This document shows, piece after piece, positions 47,801 to 59,242 of a stretch of DNA of 64,000 bases. Each line of letters starts with the position of its first letter. The first letter of the stretch is position 1. Made by a program: the position numbers and the translations under genes. Source of the DNA: Schizochytrium sp. TIO01 (taxonomy: Eukaryota > Protista > Bigyra: Labyrinthulomycetes); contig SMSO01000025.1 in NCBI GenBank assembly GCA_004764695.1, forward strand, positions 4,070,862 through 4,134,861, written 5' to 3'. Under the pieces are notes generated by a model. The model saw only the letters and a list, made by a program, of their open reading frames with translations, ran no database searches and was not told where the DNA came from.

Positions 47801-48585
47801 GAGCACATGGAAGAAGCATCAGAAGTAGAGGAGTTTGGAAGCGGGAGCTCTCGAGTGAGCCAGAGTCGTTGAGCTTGTTCATCGTACTGACAGAATGCGC
47901 CCACGCACCTCCGCTGGGACTTGGTTTTTGCTTTGCTCGATGGAAGAAGAAGTCCTCCTGATGCTTGGGTTCCTGTTTTTGCGTCACTAGCCAAAACAAT
48001 TTTTGATACATTGATGAGCCATAGTTTATCAGTTTGTGTGTCAGTAGCAAAACTAAGTTTCATGCGCATTACTCGAACACCAGTATTGCGCGCAAGGTGT
48101 TGAGCTAAACGATCTGTAATGACATCCACCTCTTTCGAACGGCCAACACCCGCTTGCGTGGTACGAACCGAGTGTGTGATTCCGTTTGCATCAAGGCTAA
48201 AACGCGCTTCAAACCACGAAGAGATCCCTCCTGGTGGTTCTTGACGAATAGCTAGAACCTCTTCACCCAAATCTTCAATAAATTCAGGTACTCGATGTGG
48301 TGGTACCGCTTGTGCATCTCCAGAGGCGTAATAAATTGTGACCTCACCCCCTTCGCCAGCACACGCATGAGCAAACTTGTCTGGGATGTCGTCGCCTACA
48401 GTCTTACTTGAGCGTTTCAACACTGTGCCTTGTCGGCTAGTGAAGAGCCATGCCTCAGACGGATTCGCCTTTTCCAAAGTCACAAGACAGTCCGGAATGC
48501 GTATTGCGAGCGGCGCATCCTGGTGAGGCCTCCAGATGTTTCTCAATACCCATACAAAGTCACGGCGCTTTCCATTGTCCGCCAT
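44851..48585 (-). CDS. Large multidomain hypothetical protein with Cys pairs, TPR-like helices and C-terminal ankyrin repeats
   Basis: Uninterrupted ORF of ~1244 codons from ATG 48585. C-terminal GNTVLHAAA and GDTPLHLAS ankyrins, CVGAFC and CSTCY motifs, acidic tract. Confidence 0.85.
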   Translation of the reverse strand: MADNGKRRDFVWVLRNIWRPHQDAPLAIRIPDCLVTLEKANPSEAWLFTSRQGTVLKRSSKTVGDDIPDKFAHACAGEGGEVTIYYASGDAQAVPPHRVPEFIEDLGEEVLAIRQEPPGGISSWFEARFSLDANGITHSVRTTQAGVGRSKEVDVITDRLAQHLARNTGVRVMRMKLSFATDTQTDKLWLINVSKIVLASDAKTGTQASGGLLLPSSKAKTKSQRRCVGAFCQYDEQAQRLWLTRELPLPNSSTSDASSMCSSSNGFATSSDHSKTREDEDDPSLLAGKQIRPSDDMHKIAYRAVLHAEEPHTLQSMDPLLRVYTLRQRASISRLRAITRVDLPRDLDRSRGVPVIPQDASFTLEWEWTGPVAFVDISLVSYDGETRMPLARGCRNAGTLRLHFPMICPDWASSVRPWALVVSDSIDHRVEKATCLVALAGPLSASQGLPTIPRHWSSLAWSEPDSGNHGRQYSFADPKKLSNYHKTVAVCSTCYEIYQRLTATRLELEEEKNLDSINTDSLQQTLLADPLQIDHHLPSSRFLPIVSESQTARSTENKNASLDKPQPRRTQSADAFFARLAAPKKASEECDFQDARNWSSGFNLRKSSSSLSSSHTGRNPEVALKRRSRRKQSKEPHHQAPRPLRKTLQRHNSHGRFGHQNEDSRLESGAQDGIQYFKKESQKVKKAKAKVKSRLHPKNNTQDLLMSASPFQAGNSQVTVAACRPLRLQEVATDSDLFKVLCFLGLTSYEHMRSALRTIKKQSLASLAYSCVVDDKLQINDEAALRSQSNSGTSFEALLQRSLKGRQTLALLKQYLAIPKTFVSLMKSCEQDSMPEQHQLDTAVQVLQGLCALFPGAMPRLHILRGFKAQCAGDTKVACDHWSRAVADAARFDGMWSYNVGVAHLLLGRALQENMNGSHSSAAAAIFRRLGATWEFNLVQDPLTRTRGGSLSSPHSIDYGENHDAASLSRRSDGNQNDSSLEGGKHDADDGDDDDDAEETAALLRWARKAIESVESELQRRGRRRQLPRSPAEKEVWRLVDAARADMEIFQDSDSTSVYFAHRRARVKDAVEMLETKMSRLFREEQQSRGGPRQHQSEDQDLELSTDSSDEEATDNDEEEEESDQDDEEWTQRYGAPILGKEIFRFVRERDAKALEKIFRRDSANIRVTDTAGNTVLHAAAKENWIDGIHVCLSAGVDIDAQNLQGDTPLHLASSAVRTLLIALGADSKLCNNYGVAAGASNGV

Positions 48586-50036
48586 CGTCAATGGGTGTAG
48601 GTGCCCGCTAAATGCTAGCGGGCAGGCTGCCCAGCTCTGCTTTTGCTGTGCTCCTGTCTAAGCCCAGATAACTTCTGGTAAAAGTTTTAGTCTCAAAATG
48701 CTACTACCTACGCCCACTTTGTCGTAAAATAACACCGTTAGATAGTAGCAACTATTATGATACTTTGCATAGAGTTCACAAGGCATGTATGCCCTAATCT
48801 GTTTTTTAAAAGCTCACGAGTATCTGGTACTCGTGCAGTCAGTGCATTGATGCCATACGTATCTCCACTTCTAAATTGTATACTCTTATCTCAAAGGTAT
48901 AAGGCGATATATATCTATATAAATATATAGATATAATTCTATTGAAGTGACTCCGCCGAAACCTCTGAGAGGTATATGCGTCTTCAAACGAAAAGGCAAC
49001 CTCGATTTCCTCTTCTCCGATGACGAGATCTCTTATTTTTCCATTCTTTACAAGAGAGAACAGCACTATCTCTAGCTACCTCTACCAGACTCCTATCATC
49101 CTGTAGTACACACCTCTACATCCCTTAATCTCATATAGCTACCTCCTACTGCCGTCCCCATTCTCTCTCCAACGGCCAGTTTTCCAGTGTATTCTCCTCC
49201 CAGTTCCATCCCCACAGTCTCTACTTTTGCTCCCCATCTCCTCCTAAGAGTTAGTTTTTGCCAACTTTGCGGTGGGTTGCCCAGTCTTTGTGCATACTAA
49301 TTCATGTATTCAGTGTTCTAGAGTACTTTCAGTGGCAAACAGAGACAGTGGGGCGCGCGCCTTGGGTCTCTGACAGGCTTCTAGCCACCTCCTAGGTGTT
49401 CACTACCAGCCTCTAGTACCTATTACCCAAGCACCTTCTATCCTACAGTTTATTATAAGAGGCACGTAGGAGGCCCATCGCCTCTTCAGTGCTACAGTTT
49501 GTGATAACTGTGGTCCTACACAGGCGACCTAAGGTAAAAGAAGGCGTTAATAGCTCGAAAAGAGAGAGATAGAGAGAGAGCGCCGCCTTCGCAAGCTGAT
49601 AAGCGGGCGCAGAGAGAGAAGGAGGGAGGAGGCCAAGCTCCTCTGGCTGCCTCTGCCTCTGCCTCTGCCTCTACCTGGCTATCTGCCTATAGCTATCTGC
49701 CTAGCTATCTGCCTAACTGGCTGCCTAAAAGCCACGCCGCGGCTTGAGATCGCGACGGTGATGGTTTCATTCGCTAGTTTCACCTACTCCTTATTAGCTG
49801 GCCTCTAGCACCTGCTACTGTCGATATAGGCCTATCTCTCTTCATATATATATATATATGTATCATAATATGATATCATACACATATATACATATCCATA
49901 TGTATACATATGTACAGATCGCTGGCCTAGCAGTGGCTAACGGATCCATAGCGGTCCGTCGCTTCTTATTCCCCCTTTTCTCCATATTCTTCTTAGTCCT
50001 GTATTTTCGAAGTTGCTGTCCATATATTGCAACGTT

Positions 50037-50084
50037 GTTTGTTTGTTTGTTTGTTTGTTTGTTTGTTTGTTTGTTTGTTTGTTT
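50037..50084. repeat. (GTTT)12 microsatellite
   Basis: Directly visible. Confidence 0.93.
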
Positions 50085-51415
50085 GTCGAATGAATCAGAC
50101 GGCACTGAGAAACTTCGGCTCCAAGTCACGCTAGGCGGCGCCTAGCTACTGCTAGCTATAGCAGGTTTTCACTCAACTGAAAGAAAGATATTTTCTCGCT
50201 GCCTTCCGTCCCATCCCTAGAGTTTAGGGTAGGTGAGCATAGGAAGCCGCCGCTCTCTTCTTTTCTCTCTTCCTTTTCTCCTCCGCATGTTCAAAGCATA
50301 ACAATATCTTTCTTCCTCTCTTTCTTTCTTCTCTTCTTAGTTAAAGAAAAAGGAAAAGAAAAAGGAAAAGAAAAAGGTTCTTTCTTTCTTTCTTTCTTTC
50401 TTTCTTTTCTTCTTTCGAGTTCATGATCAGAAATCAATCAACAATCGAAACTCGCGACTGGTATAGTATACGTTATATGGACACTACCCAGATGGGTGCA
50501 AAGCCAAAAGACGTTTGGGGGGGCTAGTGTGCGGTAGGAAACTGCTACCGGGCGCTGTCACTCCCTCTTCTCCGTGCCCTAAGGCCCTTGCTAACTTTAA
50601 AACTAGCGCACCGTTAACGTTTCTTTCTCCTTTTTCTTTTAGTTGGCTGGTGTTCTAAAGCTCTCGCCCCCTTTGGGCCGCTCGCCGCTGCCTGAGAGCC
50701 GCTCGGCCGCCTCTCAAGGGAGCGCCTCCGCAGCCAGAGGGATTCGCCCGCAGGGCTGGGGAAGAGTCGGCGGCTTTGCCGTGGCTTTGTCGGCGCTGGA
50801 GTCGTTGTTTTTGGTGGTTTTCTTCAACTTTGTTGTTTCGATCGATCGTTCGTTCGTTCATTTGTTTGTTTATTATTTGTTCCTTTGATCTGTTTCTTTT
50901 ATTTATCGATCAATCTTTTTGTTTTGGAGCGCCCGTTCCCGCTTTGTTGGGCTTGCGCGGCTATACTTCACTTTGCAGGGGCGCGCGCAAGTGAATTAAA
51001 GATCGCGCAAGTGAAACAAAAAAGCGCACACAATAGACTATTCACTCACTCGCTCACTGAGTCATTCATTTCATTCCTTTCTGGTTTTCTCCTGATCTGA
51101 GATCGTTGAGATCGTCGATCTCGCAGAAAGCGAGAGCGCGCTTCAGTGGCTACGCGATGCATGGGCGAGCAGCTCGACGGCGCCGGAGCGAGGGAGGCCG
51201 CGCTTATTCGATCCCCTCGAGCGGCGACTGCGCGAAGGAGGAGTGGATAGACTGATTGCTGATTTGTCGCTTCTTCACCCAAGTTCACCCATTTACCTTT
51301 AGAACAGTAAACGTTTGTAACGAAAAAACAGACGACAAACAAAAACAAACAATGAATAAACAAACAAAGAAAGAAAGAGAGAAAGGAAAAGGAAGAGAAA
51401 GGAAGAGAAAGGACT

Positions 51416-51565
51416 GTTGCTCTGTTTTGCTCTGCGTTGTTTTGCTCTGCTTTGCTCTGCTCTGCGTTGCTCTGCGTTGCTCTGCGTTGCTCTGCGTCGC
51501 TTTGATCCGCTTTGGTTTGCTTTGATCTGCTTTAGGGTTTTGCTTTGCTCTGCTTTGGTTTTGTT
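51416..51565. repeat. Pentamer repeat region (CTCTG/CGTTG/CTTTG)
   Basis: Degenerate 5-bp periodicity upstream of the RRM gene. Confidence 0.85.
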
Positions 51566-51943
51566 GCAGGTATCTTATGAAACAGAGGAGAGAGAAAGGA
51601 TATCTTAGTATTGTTTGCAGATTTAAATTTTAAGGCCACGGTATTAGTGGCGCCTAGCCAGGTGCTAGTGCCTCTGGGTTTACGAGGAGAAGAAACACTT
51701 CGATTGAAAGAAATGACGAATTTCAAATTCAAATTCAAAATAAATCAGTGAATCATTCAATTGATCGAGCAGTCGATCAATCGACCTTGACTCATATCAC
51801 TCCAGTCGGCGCGCAGCAGACTTTGCCACAGGCCACCTCAAGCCATCTCTGGAGAGCACGGCAGAGCAGACCCCACAAGCGCAGCGCACAGCGAAGTCTG
51901 CCCTTGAGCGGAGCGAGAAGATAGTTTGACAGCATCGAGCGAG

Positions 51944-53773
51944 ATGAGCGCCGATGCCAATGCCGTTGCCAACGCAGCTGCCCCTGCAGAGGGCAGCGCC
52001 GTGGCCAGCACCGGAACCAACCCTGGCGGAGTCTACGTGAAGCTTCCCAAGGGTGCTGACGTGGACGCCGCTGCACTCAAGGCTGCCTTCACCCAGTTCG
52101 GCGAGGTTGTGCGATCCTCGCGTGTCAACAAGCACAGCGGATCGGCCCAGGTCTTCTTCAAGGACGCCCCGGGCCCCGCACAGGCTGCCATTGAGGCCGG
52201 ATCTGTCTCTATTGCCGATGGCATCGAGGTCCAGGTCCGTCAGCTTAACGAGAAGAAGCCTCGCCAGCGCAAGCCCAAGGCCGACAACGCTGATACCGCT
52301 GACGCCGAGAACGCCTCAAAGAGTGCCAACAGTGACGCCAAAAACGACGCTGCTAACACTTCTAAGAGTGCCAGCAACGACTCGAAGGCCTCTAAAAAAG
52401 GTACCACAAAGGTCGAGAACGGTACTAAGAACGCCACCGCCAAAAAGGCAGCAGATGGCAAGTCGGAGGCCAAGAACGGCGTGACAAAGAGTAAGAACGC
52501 AGGCCAGAGGAAGAAGAGCACAGGAAAGGTAAACGAGGAGCAAAAGGGCTCGAGTGAAGAAACTGAGGCCAAAGCTGCAGTGGACGCTGAGGAAGAGGAG
52601 AAGAACAGGGCCGCACTGGATGCGAGGTCCATCTACGCCAGACTCAGCGGCGCACGCACAAGCAAGCCAGAAGTGACAAAGGCATTCGAGACTTACGGAG
52701 AGGTTAAGAGAGTCGAGGTTCGCTCACGCAGGCTGCGCACGGGAGAGGTCACACACATCTTCATCACCTTTGCTGACGTCCAAGGCGCCGAAGCCGTCAT
52801 TAAGGCTGTTGAGGCAGACACGAAGATCATGCTTGGAGAGAACGAGCTCAAGGTCGACCGCCGCAAGCGCAAGCCTACAGCAGCTGCCGACGCCACCACC
52901 ACCGCTGCCACCGGGGAGACCAATGCTGCTGACAAGAAGGCTCCGCGTGCCAAAAAGCAGCAGCAGCCTAAGAAGAAGCAGCAGGCTGAGGGCGCTAACA
53001 ATGACTCCGCCGCTGCTGAGGAACAGAAGGAGGACGCCGTTGAGGGCAAGCAAAAAACCAAGAAGGAGAAGCAGGCTAATGGCAAAGCTAAAACCGAGGG
53101 CAAGGCACCTGCACCCAAGACATCCGTCTACATCACCAACATTGCGATCTCCACGGATGAGGACAGCCTCCGCAGCAAGTTTAGTGAGTTTGGTGCCATC
53201 AAGTCCATTTCTAGGCGCCAGCGTGAAAGCTTTGCCACTGTTGCCTTCGCTGATGCAGCTGGTGTCGAAGCTACCTTGGCCGCTGCCAAGGACGGAAAGC
53301 TTAAGCTTGGCGAAGACAAGGTTCTAAGTGCCACCTCCTGGCGCCCGTCTGGCCGCAGTAACGGCACCAAGGCAAAGGCCGAAACTGAGACCACCGCGCC
53401 TGTGGAGAACGCTGTGCATGTGACTGGCTTTGGCTACGATGTGCCATCTGAAGACGCTGTCAAGGAGATCTTTACGCCGCTTGGCGCGGTGTCCTCCGTG
53501 ACCGTACAGCCAACCCGCTGCTTTGGTATTGTGCAGTTCGAGGATGCTGATGTTGCTGCTTCCGTCGTCGAGAAGGCTCCCAAGGAAATCGGTCTCGAGC
53601 CTGAGAACCCTGAGGTACCCATCGTCGTCGAGCTCAGCGTCGGCACCACCAGCGCGAACCGCAACCGTGGAATCTACCGTCGCCGCAACAACTCTCGCCG
53701 CGTCCGCGGTGCCAAGGCTGAAGGTGGCGCTGCCCCGGCAGCTGAGACTCCTGCCTCTGCCGGGGAGCAGTAA
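51944..53773 (+). CDS. RNA-binding protein with four RRM domains and Lys/Ala-rich linkers
   Basis: Four RRM-like units (VYVKL..FTQFGEV, IYARL..FETYGEV, VYITNI..FSEFGAI..FATVAF, VHVTGF..FGIVQFED), Arg-rich C-terminus, strong C/G-ending codon bias. ATG at 51944. Confidence 0.9.
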   Translation: MSADANAVANAAAPAEGSAVASTGTNPGGVYVKLPKGADVDAAALKAAFTQFGEVVRSSRVNKHSGSAQVFFKDAPGPAQAAIEAGSVSIADGIEVQVRQLNEKKPRQRKPKADNADTADAENASKSANSDAKNDAANTSKSASNDSKASKKGTTKVENGTKNATAKKAADGKSEAKNGVTKSKNAGQRKKSTGKVNEEQKGSSEETEAKAAVDAEEEEKNRAALDARSIYARLSGARTSKPEVTKAFETYGEVKRVEVRSRRLRTGEVTHIFITFADVQGAEAVIKAVEADTKIMLGENELKVDRRKRKPTAAADATTTAATGETNAADKKAPRAKKQQQPKKKQQAEGANNDSAAAEEQKEDAVEGKQKTKKEKQANGKAKTEGKAPAPKTSVYITNIAISTDEDSLRSKFSEFGAIKSISRRQRESFATVAFADAAGVEATLAAAKDGKLKLGEDKVLSATSWRPSGRSNGTKAKAETETTAPVENAVHVTGFGYDVPSEDAVKEIFTPLGAVSSVTVQPTRCFGIVQFEDADVAASVVEKAPKEIGLEPENPEVPIVVELSVGTTSANRNRGIYRRRNNSRRVRGAKAEGGAAPAAETPASAGEQ

Positions 53774-54089
53774 AAAATCAAGCATAGCATAGCATAGCGT
53801 GTGCTTGGCAGGCTTCAGATGCTGGATAATCTGCAGACATCATTTACTAGATGTATTTGCTGGTCAACTTTGTCGACTCATTCCTGTTTAGTAGAAAACA
53901 CCAAACAAGCTGTGAGTTGAGCCTGTCTCGATGCTCGCGTTGATGCTTTTGCCAATGTTTGTTTTCATTTTCCCCCTTTCTACCACTAACCTACTCCATA
54001 TGTTATGTCTTTCTCATCTGGACTCTCTGCCCTTCTGTGGTCTGAGAAACATCATTTGCAATACCATAACAAATGACCCTCTATATCAC

Positions 54090-54122
<33 letters not shown>

Positions 54123-57031
54123 GAAGTTCCCAACAAAGCCCAGTTCAAAAAGAAAAGTTAAAAACGGAATTTAATATGGTAACAATTCAACCAGGGCTTA
54201 CGCGAGAACTCACATCGGGAATAAAAAATATAATAAAAAAGGAAACAGAACCTTTTTATCAAGGTCCAAAGGTCTACTACTCCAATCGATCAACCAGAAT
54301 GGCCGGGAAACATATTTTCTTCAATAATTCAGAGATAACTTTTAAAATGCGTGGCGTGATGCGCGGATGATGTGCACGGATGTCGAGCAAGGCTACTGGA
54401 AGGGACTGTGACGCAGAATGAAGCAGTCATTCCCATCCAAATCCAAAATCTATTACTACCAACATTGACAATACTGAAAACAGAAATGTGAGGTGTGGTG
54501 ATGAAGCAGTTCGATCCTTAACAAGAACTCGTATACACCCAAAGAAAACCCATTTCTTTTGTGTTTTATGTGCACTTGCATTCAAAGGATAACGTTTCGA
54601 AGTCATCATATCCCCCTCGTTTTTGAACAAAAAAAAGCATCCCCATATAGAACCAAACCAAACTACATAACAATGCTGCTCTCCTTTTTTGCTCGTGACG
54701 AAAGAAGGGAAAGGTTGCAAATCAGGGGTCTGTCGGTGTGAAAAGCAGTGCCTTCCATACATTAAACGACAGCCTCTGACTAAAAAAAGGAGCAACATTG
54801 AGCAAAATACTAAAAACAAAACAATTAATTTCGAAAGCCAGGTCCTATCAGAGGAGATACACGAAGCGAAAGTGACGTTATGCAAAAACCCTTAATATAT
54901 CACATTTGGGCGAGTGGAGAGGTCCACTATACTGCTAGCCTACTTCTCTTTGTTGCGAAGCGAACTAGAATATGAGTTTTTGGAAAGAAGATGACGTTAT
55001 CGCAACGAAAGAGTTTGAAATGACCGTGTCTCGCATCTCGTTTCATAGTACGTACCAATTTCAGTCTCAATAAGGCAGCATTATAATGAAAGCGTGCTAC
55101 TTGAGATTTTGCGAAAAGGACAATTTGAGAACGAAGTGCGAAAAAGGCCAAAAAGAAAAGCACCGTGTGGTGCACAATTTCCAAATACACCACGGTATCA
55201 AACAAGCGAAAAGGTTAGAACAGGATATTGAATTTTTCCAATCGAATATTCATATTACTTCTGTGAACTCTAGTTTGTCCACTTTGTACGTAACAGCATG
55301 TGCGTAGTAGATTCACAAATTTTAAAAGTCCAGCAAGGAATTAGAAGAAAAAAAAAGGAAAAAAAAAAAGAGGAAGAGTTCATTGCATGATGTCACAAGA
55401 AGAGGAACAATAAGAAGAACTAGTTTGAATTTGTAAGCATTTGTTTGCTGCAATACACAAACATTCTGCAAGACCAGAATTAATAATATTTTCGCTTAAA
55501 AAGGCTTCTACTCCGGCAGAGAAAAGCTTTTTACTTAGTGGTCACTTTTCCACACTGCCCAATGATACCCGTTTCATACCAGACGCCTAATCACATTACA
55601 AATTTAAATTTCTCATCTTTTACGTACCTGGCTTGGGGTTGTCTAGTCCTACTGACAGGATTGATGAATTTTGTACTTTATGAAAATAATGTCTACTAAA
55701 CTCTTTTATTTTTCTAGCTAGAGAAGAAGCGCAAGCAGTTATAAGAGGTTTTATAGTCTTCTTCAACCCTTGGATCCACTTGGTAACAAATTATTCAGAA
55801 GCAAAAAGATAAATTTGGCCAATATGGTTTACATTCCTTAGTTCAGTGAGACTCCAAGTTACCCACAGTATTCTTGATTGTGCTTATGAAATGTTCCGCT
55901 TCTCTGTAAGCCCCTGCGAGGAGCATACTAAATATTTAAAAAATCGAATCCATTCCAAATGGCTGATAAATAATAAGTTCTAGTACCGGGATGTAAAGGG
56001 TTTTCAACTCATCTGAGTTTTTTTTAAGTTGCTAATTTTGTCTTATGATGAGCTACATTATACTAAATGCTATATTTCCAATTCCGTTTATTATGTCCAT
56101 ATTAGCTTCAGCAAAACTTCCCCACAGAAACTATAAGTATTGACGAGTGCTCTGAGAATCGAGAGAGTATAAACATGAACATACCTCGACGTTTCAGAAT
56201 TTAGCGGAAAAAAAAAAGCAAAGCAAAACAACGATACATGCAAAATGAAACTCTGGGTGGTTGAATCAAAAGCTTTCTTTGTCCTCGCCGTTTATTTGAT
56301 TGTCGCAGGGAAAAAAGATGCCACAAGAAACAATACTTGTACATACACAATCTATAACGAAACGTAGTGTGAGGATTCAAGGGACAACGGATGTTTTCGC
56401 TTTGAAGAACCGTGGGACAATTTATCAGGGCAATTATGAAAGTGCAATCAAACTAGTGGTAGTCGAGGTAGTAAGGCTTTCAGATGCCTATACACACGAA
56501 TAGGAGATAAAGTCGACACGATAAGAAAACAATGGTGTTGAATACAATCAGGTGATAGACTATTCAGAGAAGTGTGACAATGGGCAAGATGTTAGGGAGG
56601 GATATATCAGAAGAGCCAAAGTAGGGGCAATGTGTTAGGTAGATAGACAGAAGGGTGATAACCCACCTCCCCCTTTTCCCTTTGCGGTGAGAAAAGCGTT
56701 GGCTAATCACACCTGCCTTCTTTCTTTGCTCTGCAAGACGTGAGAGAAAGGTATTTCGCAGCACCTCTTGCCAAGGACACAAGCAAAAGCGTTTGACAGG
56801 AGAGGCAGATGCACGGGATGAAGTGTAACCGAGCAAAAAAAGATAATCCTGAAAGCCGAGTAAGCTACCAACGATGGGGTCGCAGCTTCCATTGAGATTC
56901 AAGCATACCACTTCTGCTGCATTGTAGCTAAGGGAAAGGAAGGTGCCGGGGAAGGGGGGGGGGGGGTTGTTGAGGTAAAGTTAAATGCAAAAGGGAGAGC
57001 AACCGTGAATGTCTGAGCAAGCTCATGACTA

Positions 57032-59242
57032 TTATCCAAGGGTTTGTGGGTAATCGGCAGCCGGCATGAATTGGGTGCTTGCAAGAACATTCCGAGGCCA
57101 AGCCGCGGTCGAGAGAAAGTGTGCAGGGTGATGTGGGTGATGATGATTGTGATGGTGATGCTGGTGATGATGATGCTGGTGATGATGGGAGGGATGGTGA
57201 GCGTGATGTGTGTGTTGACGTGAATGCAACCCATGACCGCTGTCCAGAGCTGAGATAGACATATTCATGGATATAGGCATCATGGGAGGGGTGGATGAAG
57301 GTTGCGCAGGTGTGTTCATAGGTAGGTGGATCTTTGCTTCCGGTGCATTGCGTGCAAGAAAGGCTTGGAGGGCCTGCTGCAGAACTTGTTGAGGGTCATT
57401 ACAGTCAAGGTGTGCTAATTCAATATGGCCAGACTCGTCTTGAACAACCTGTAGAAGAACACGCCTCCCTTTGTTGTTTTCGTGTTTGGATTGAAGAATC
57501 GAGTTTGACCACAATTTAGAGTCCAAATACTGTGCACCGGCCACAGCCACATCTTCATCTTCATTTCTATCTCCATGATCAGTGCCATCGCTTTCATTTT
57601 CAGCATCATCATCATCCGCCTGGTCATTTTGGTTCTCATCCTCGTTTTCAACATGATCCTCATCATCGTTGTCGTCATCACTGCCACCTGGTTGTGAGCT
57701 ATAGACGGCATCTGCAAGGGCTGCTGCGGCAGCTGCTGTCGATGAGTTTTTCCTTTGTCTCTTGGATCGTGGTTTTTCATCGCTGTAAGATTGGTTGCTA
57801 TCATTTTTGTCCAGGTCATCTTTGGTGTTGCGCAGGCGAAGCAATCCTTCAAGTGCGCCTTGCATACGTGAAGGAGGTTCGCCTGTGAGGAGTTTGGGCT
57901 GGGAAAAGGTTGTGCTTGTGCTGTTGTTCAAATCTGTCACAGACGAGTTCAGGTCTTCTCCAAACGTGGGGCAGGTATCTTGGGGATATTGGCTAATAGT
58001 GGTTGATTCGATTTTTGTTGCTGCTTCTTTGCTGTTCCTGTTGTTCTTGGATCTGTTGTTTTTACTGTTCACCTTCTTGGTGGGACTGTTTCCGGAAGTG
58101 TTAGTATTAGTGCCCGAAGCTTTATTGTTGCGCCCCTTGCGGTTGGATTTTTTGTTCGTTGCAGAGGAGTTATGGTCAGGCTTGGCGTTGCTGTTCTGGC
58201 GTGCCCTTTTGTTAGCGGCATTAGTGTTTTTGGTTTTGGAAGCTGATTTATCATTCGATATATTGACAGAAGGAGCGGCAGCGGCACCAGTAGCAGTAGT
58301 AGTAGAACTTTTGACACCATTCATCTTGTTGTTGGCAAGAACTTGCGGTAGAGGTAAAAATTCAACGCACGGAAGAGTAGAAGTTGACGACGCGGGCGAG
58401 GATAGCGCTTTCGCATGCGGGGACCCGTCTATGGCAAGGGGAATGTGCAATCTTGAGGCCTGCGTGCCACCTGTCAGTGACTCGTACGTGGGGTGGACGT
58501 AGTCCAGGGCAGATGGCTCGAAAAAGACCCACTTCTCAAAGGCAGTGTGGTGAAGGTGCAGCCTTACGACATTTCCTGTCTTTTGCACTAGCTGCATGAG
58601 GTTATCATACGCTGTTGCGCCATCCCCAAAGCCGCATGATTTCCACATGCGTGTAACATGTTGCGACCAGTTTGATGAGAAACTGGAGTTTGCCGTGCGG
58701 TCTCTAAATTTCGTAAAAAACACCATCCGGAACATGCACACGCCCTCAAATCTAATCTCGATAAATCTCGTCATTGCCGAGCTCGCTCTTGCCTGTCCGC
58801 ATTTGCTCATTAAGTTCCTCGTCGCACGGCTCAACACCTCCCGGTTCGGTGCCGTCACAGCGTACAGTTTCGCCGAACCCACCGTGCCCTTCTCCCTGCA
58901 TGCAACGTCATCTGCGACCACGGCCTCCTCTCCGTGCGTCAAGCTACACAGAACCACGGATACGCTCGCTACGGAGTCTAGTTTGTCTAGACCTGCGCCA
59001 GCCTCCACAAGAAACGGAATATCTTTGGATCCTGGGCACGCGGCGGCGAGGCACTTGGGGCCCGTGACAAAGGCAGCTACGGAGCGAGGAGCATTTTCTG
59101 TGCTGAGGCTTTGAGCGAGGGAGAGGCCTGTAGGGCCTGATGCAGGTTTTTGGAGAGATGCGAGCGAGGCGGGGTGAGGAGATATCAGTGCTGAAGAACT
59201 CGAACTTGAGCTTGAGGTTCCCGCCACCGAAGGCTGGTTCAT
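57032..59242 (-). CDS. Hypothetical low-complexity protein (basic/Asn-rich, acidic and poly-His tracts), possibly a nuclear regulator
   Basis: 736-codon ATG ORF with a globular-looking N-terminal third, NLS-like KPRSKRQRK, an acidic tract and a His-rich C-terminus. No family recognised. Confidence 0.75.
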   Translation of the reverse strand: MNQPSVAGTSSSSSSSSALISPHPASLASLQKPASGPTGLSLAQSLSTENAPRSVAAFVTGPKCLAAACPGSKDIPFLVEAGAGLDKLDSVASVSVVLCSLTHGEEAVVADDVACREKGTVGSAKLYAVTAPNREVLSRATRNLMSKCGQARASSAMTRFIEIRFEGVCMFRMVFFTKFRDRTANSSFSSNWSQHVTRMWKSCGFGDGATAYDNLMQLVQKTGNVVRLHLHHTAFEKWVFFEPSALDYVHPTYESLTGGTQASRLHIPLAIDGSPHAKALSSPASSTSTLPCVEFLPLPQVLANNKMNGVKSSTTTATGAAAAPSVNISNDKSASKTKNTNAANKRARQNSNAKPDHNSSATNKKSNRKGRNNKASGTNTNTSGNSPTKKVNSKNNRSKNNRNSKEAATKIESTTISQYPQDTCPTFGEDLNSSVTDLNNSTSTTFSQPKLLTGEPPSRMQGALEGLLRLRNTKDDLDKNDSNQSYSDEKPRSKRQRKNSSTAAAAAALADAVYSSQPGGSDDDNDDEDHVENEDENQNDQADDDDAENESDGTDHGDRNEDEDVAVAGAQYLDSKLWSNSILQSKHENNKGRRVLLQVVQDESGHIELAHLDCNDPQQVLQQALQAFLARNAPEAKIHLPMNTPAQPSSTPPMMPISMNMSISALDSGHGLHSRQHTHHAHHPSHHHQHHHHQHHHHNHHHPHHPAHFLSTAAWPRNVLASTQFMPAADYPQTLG

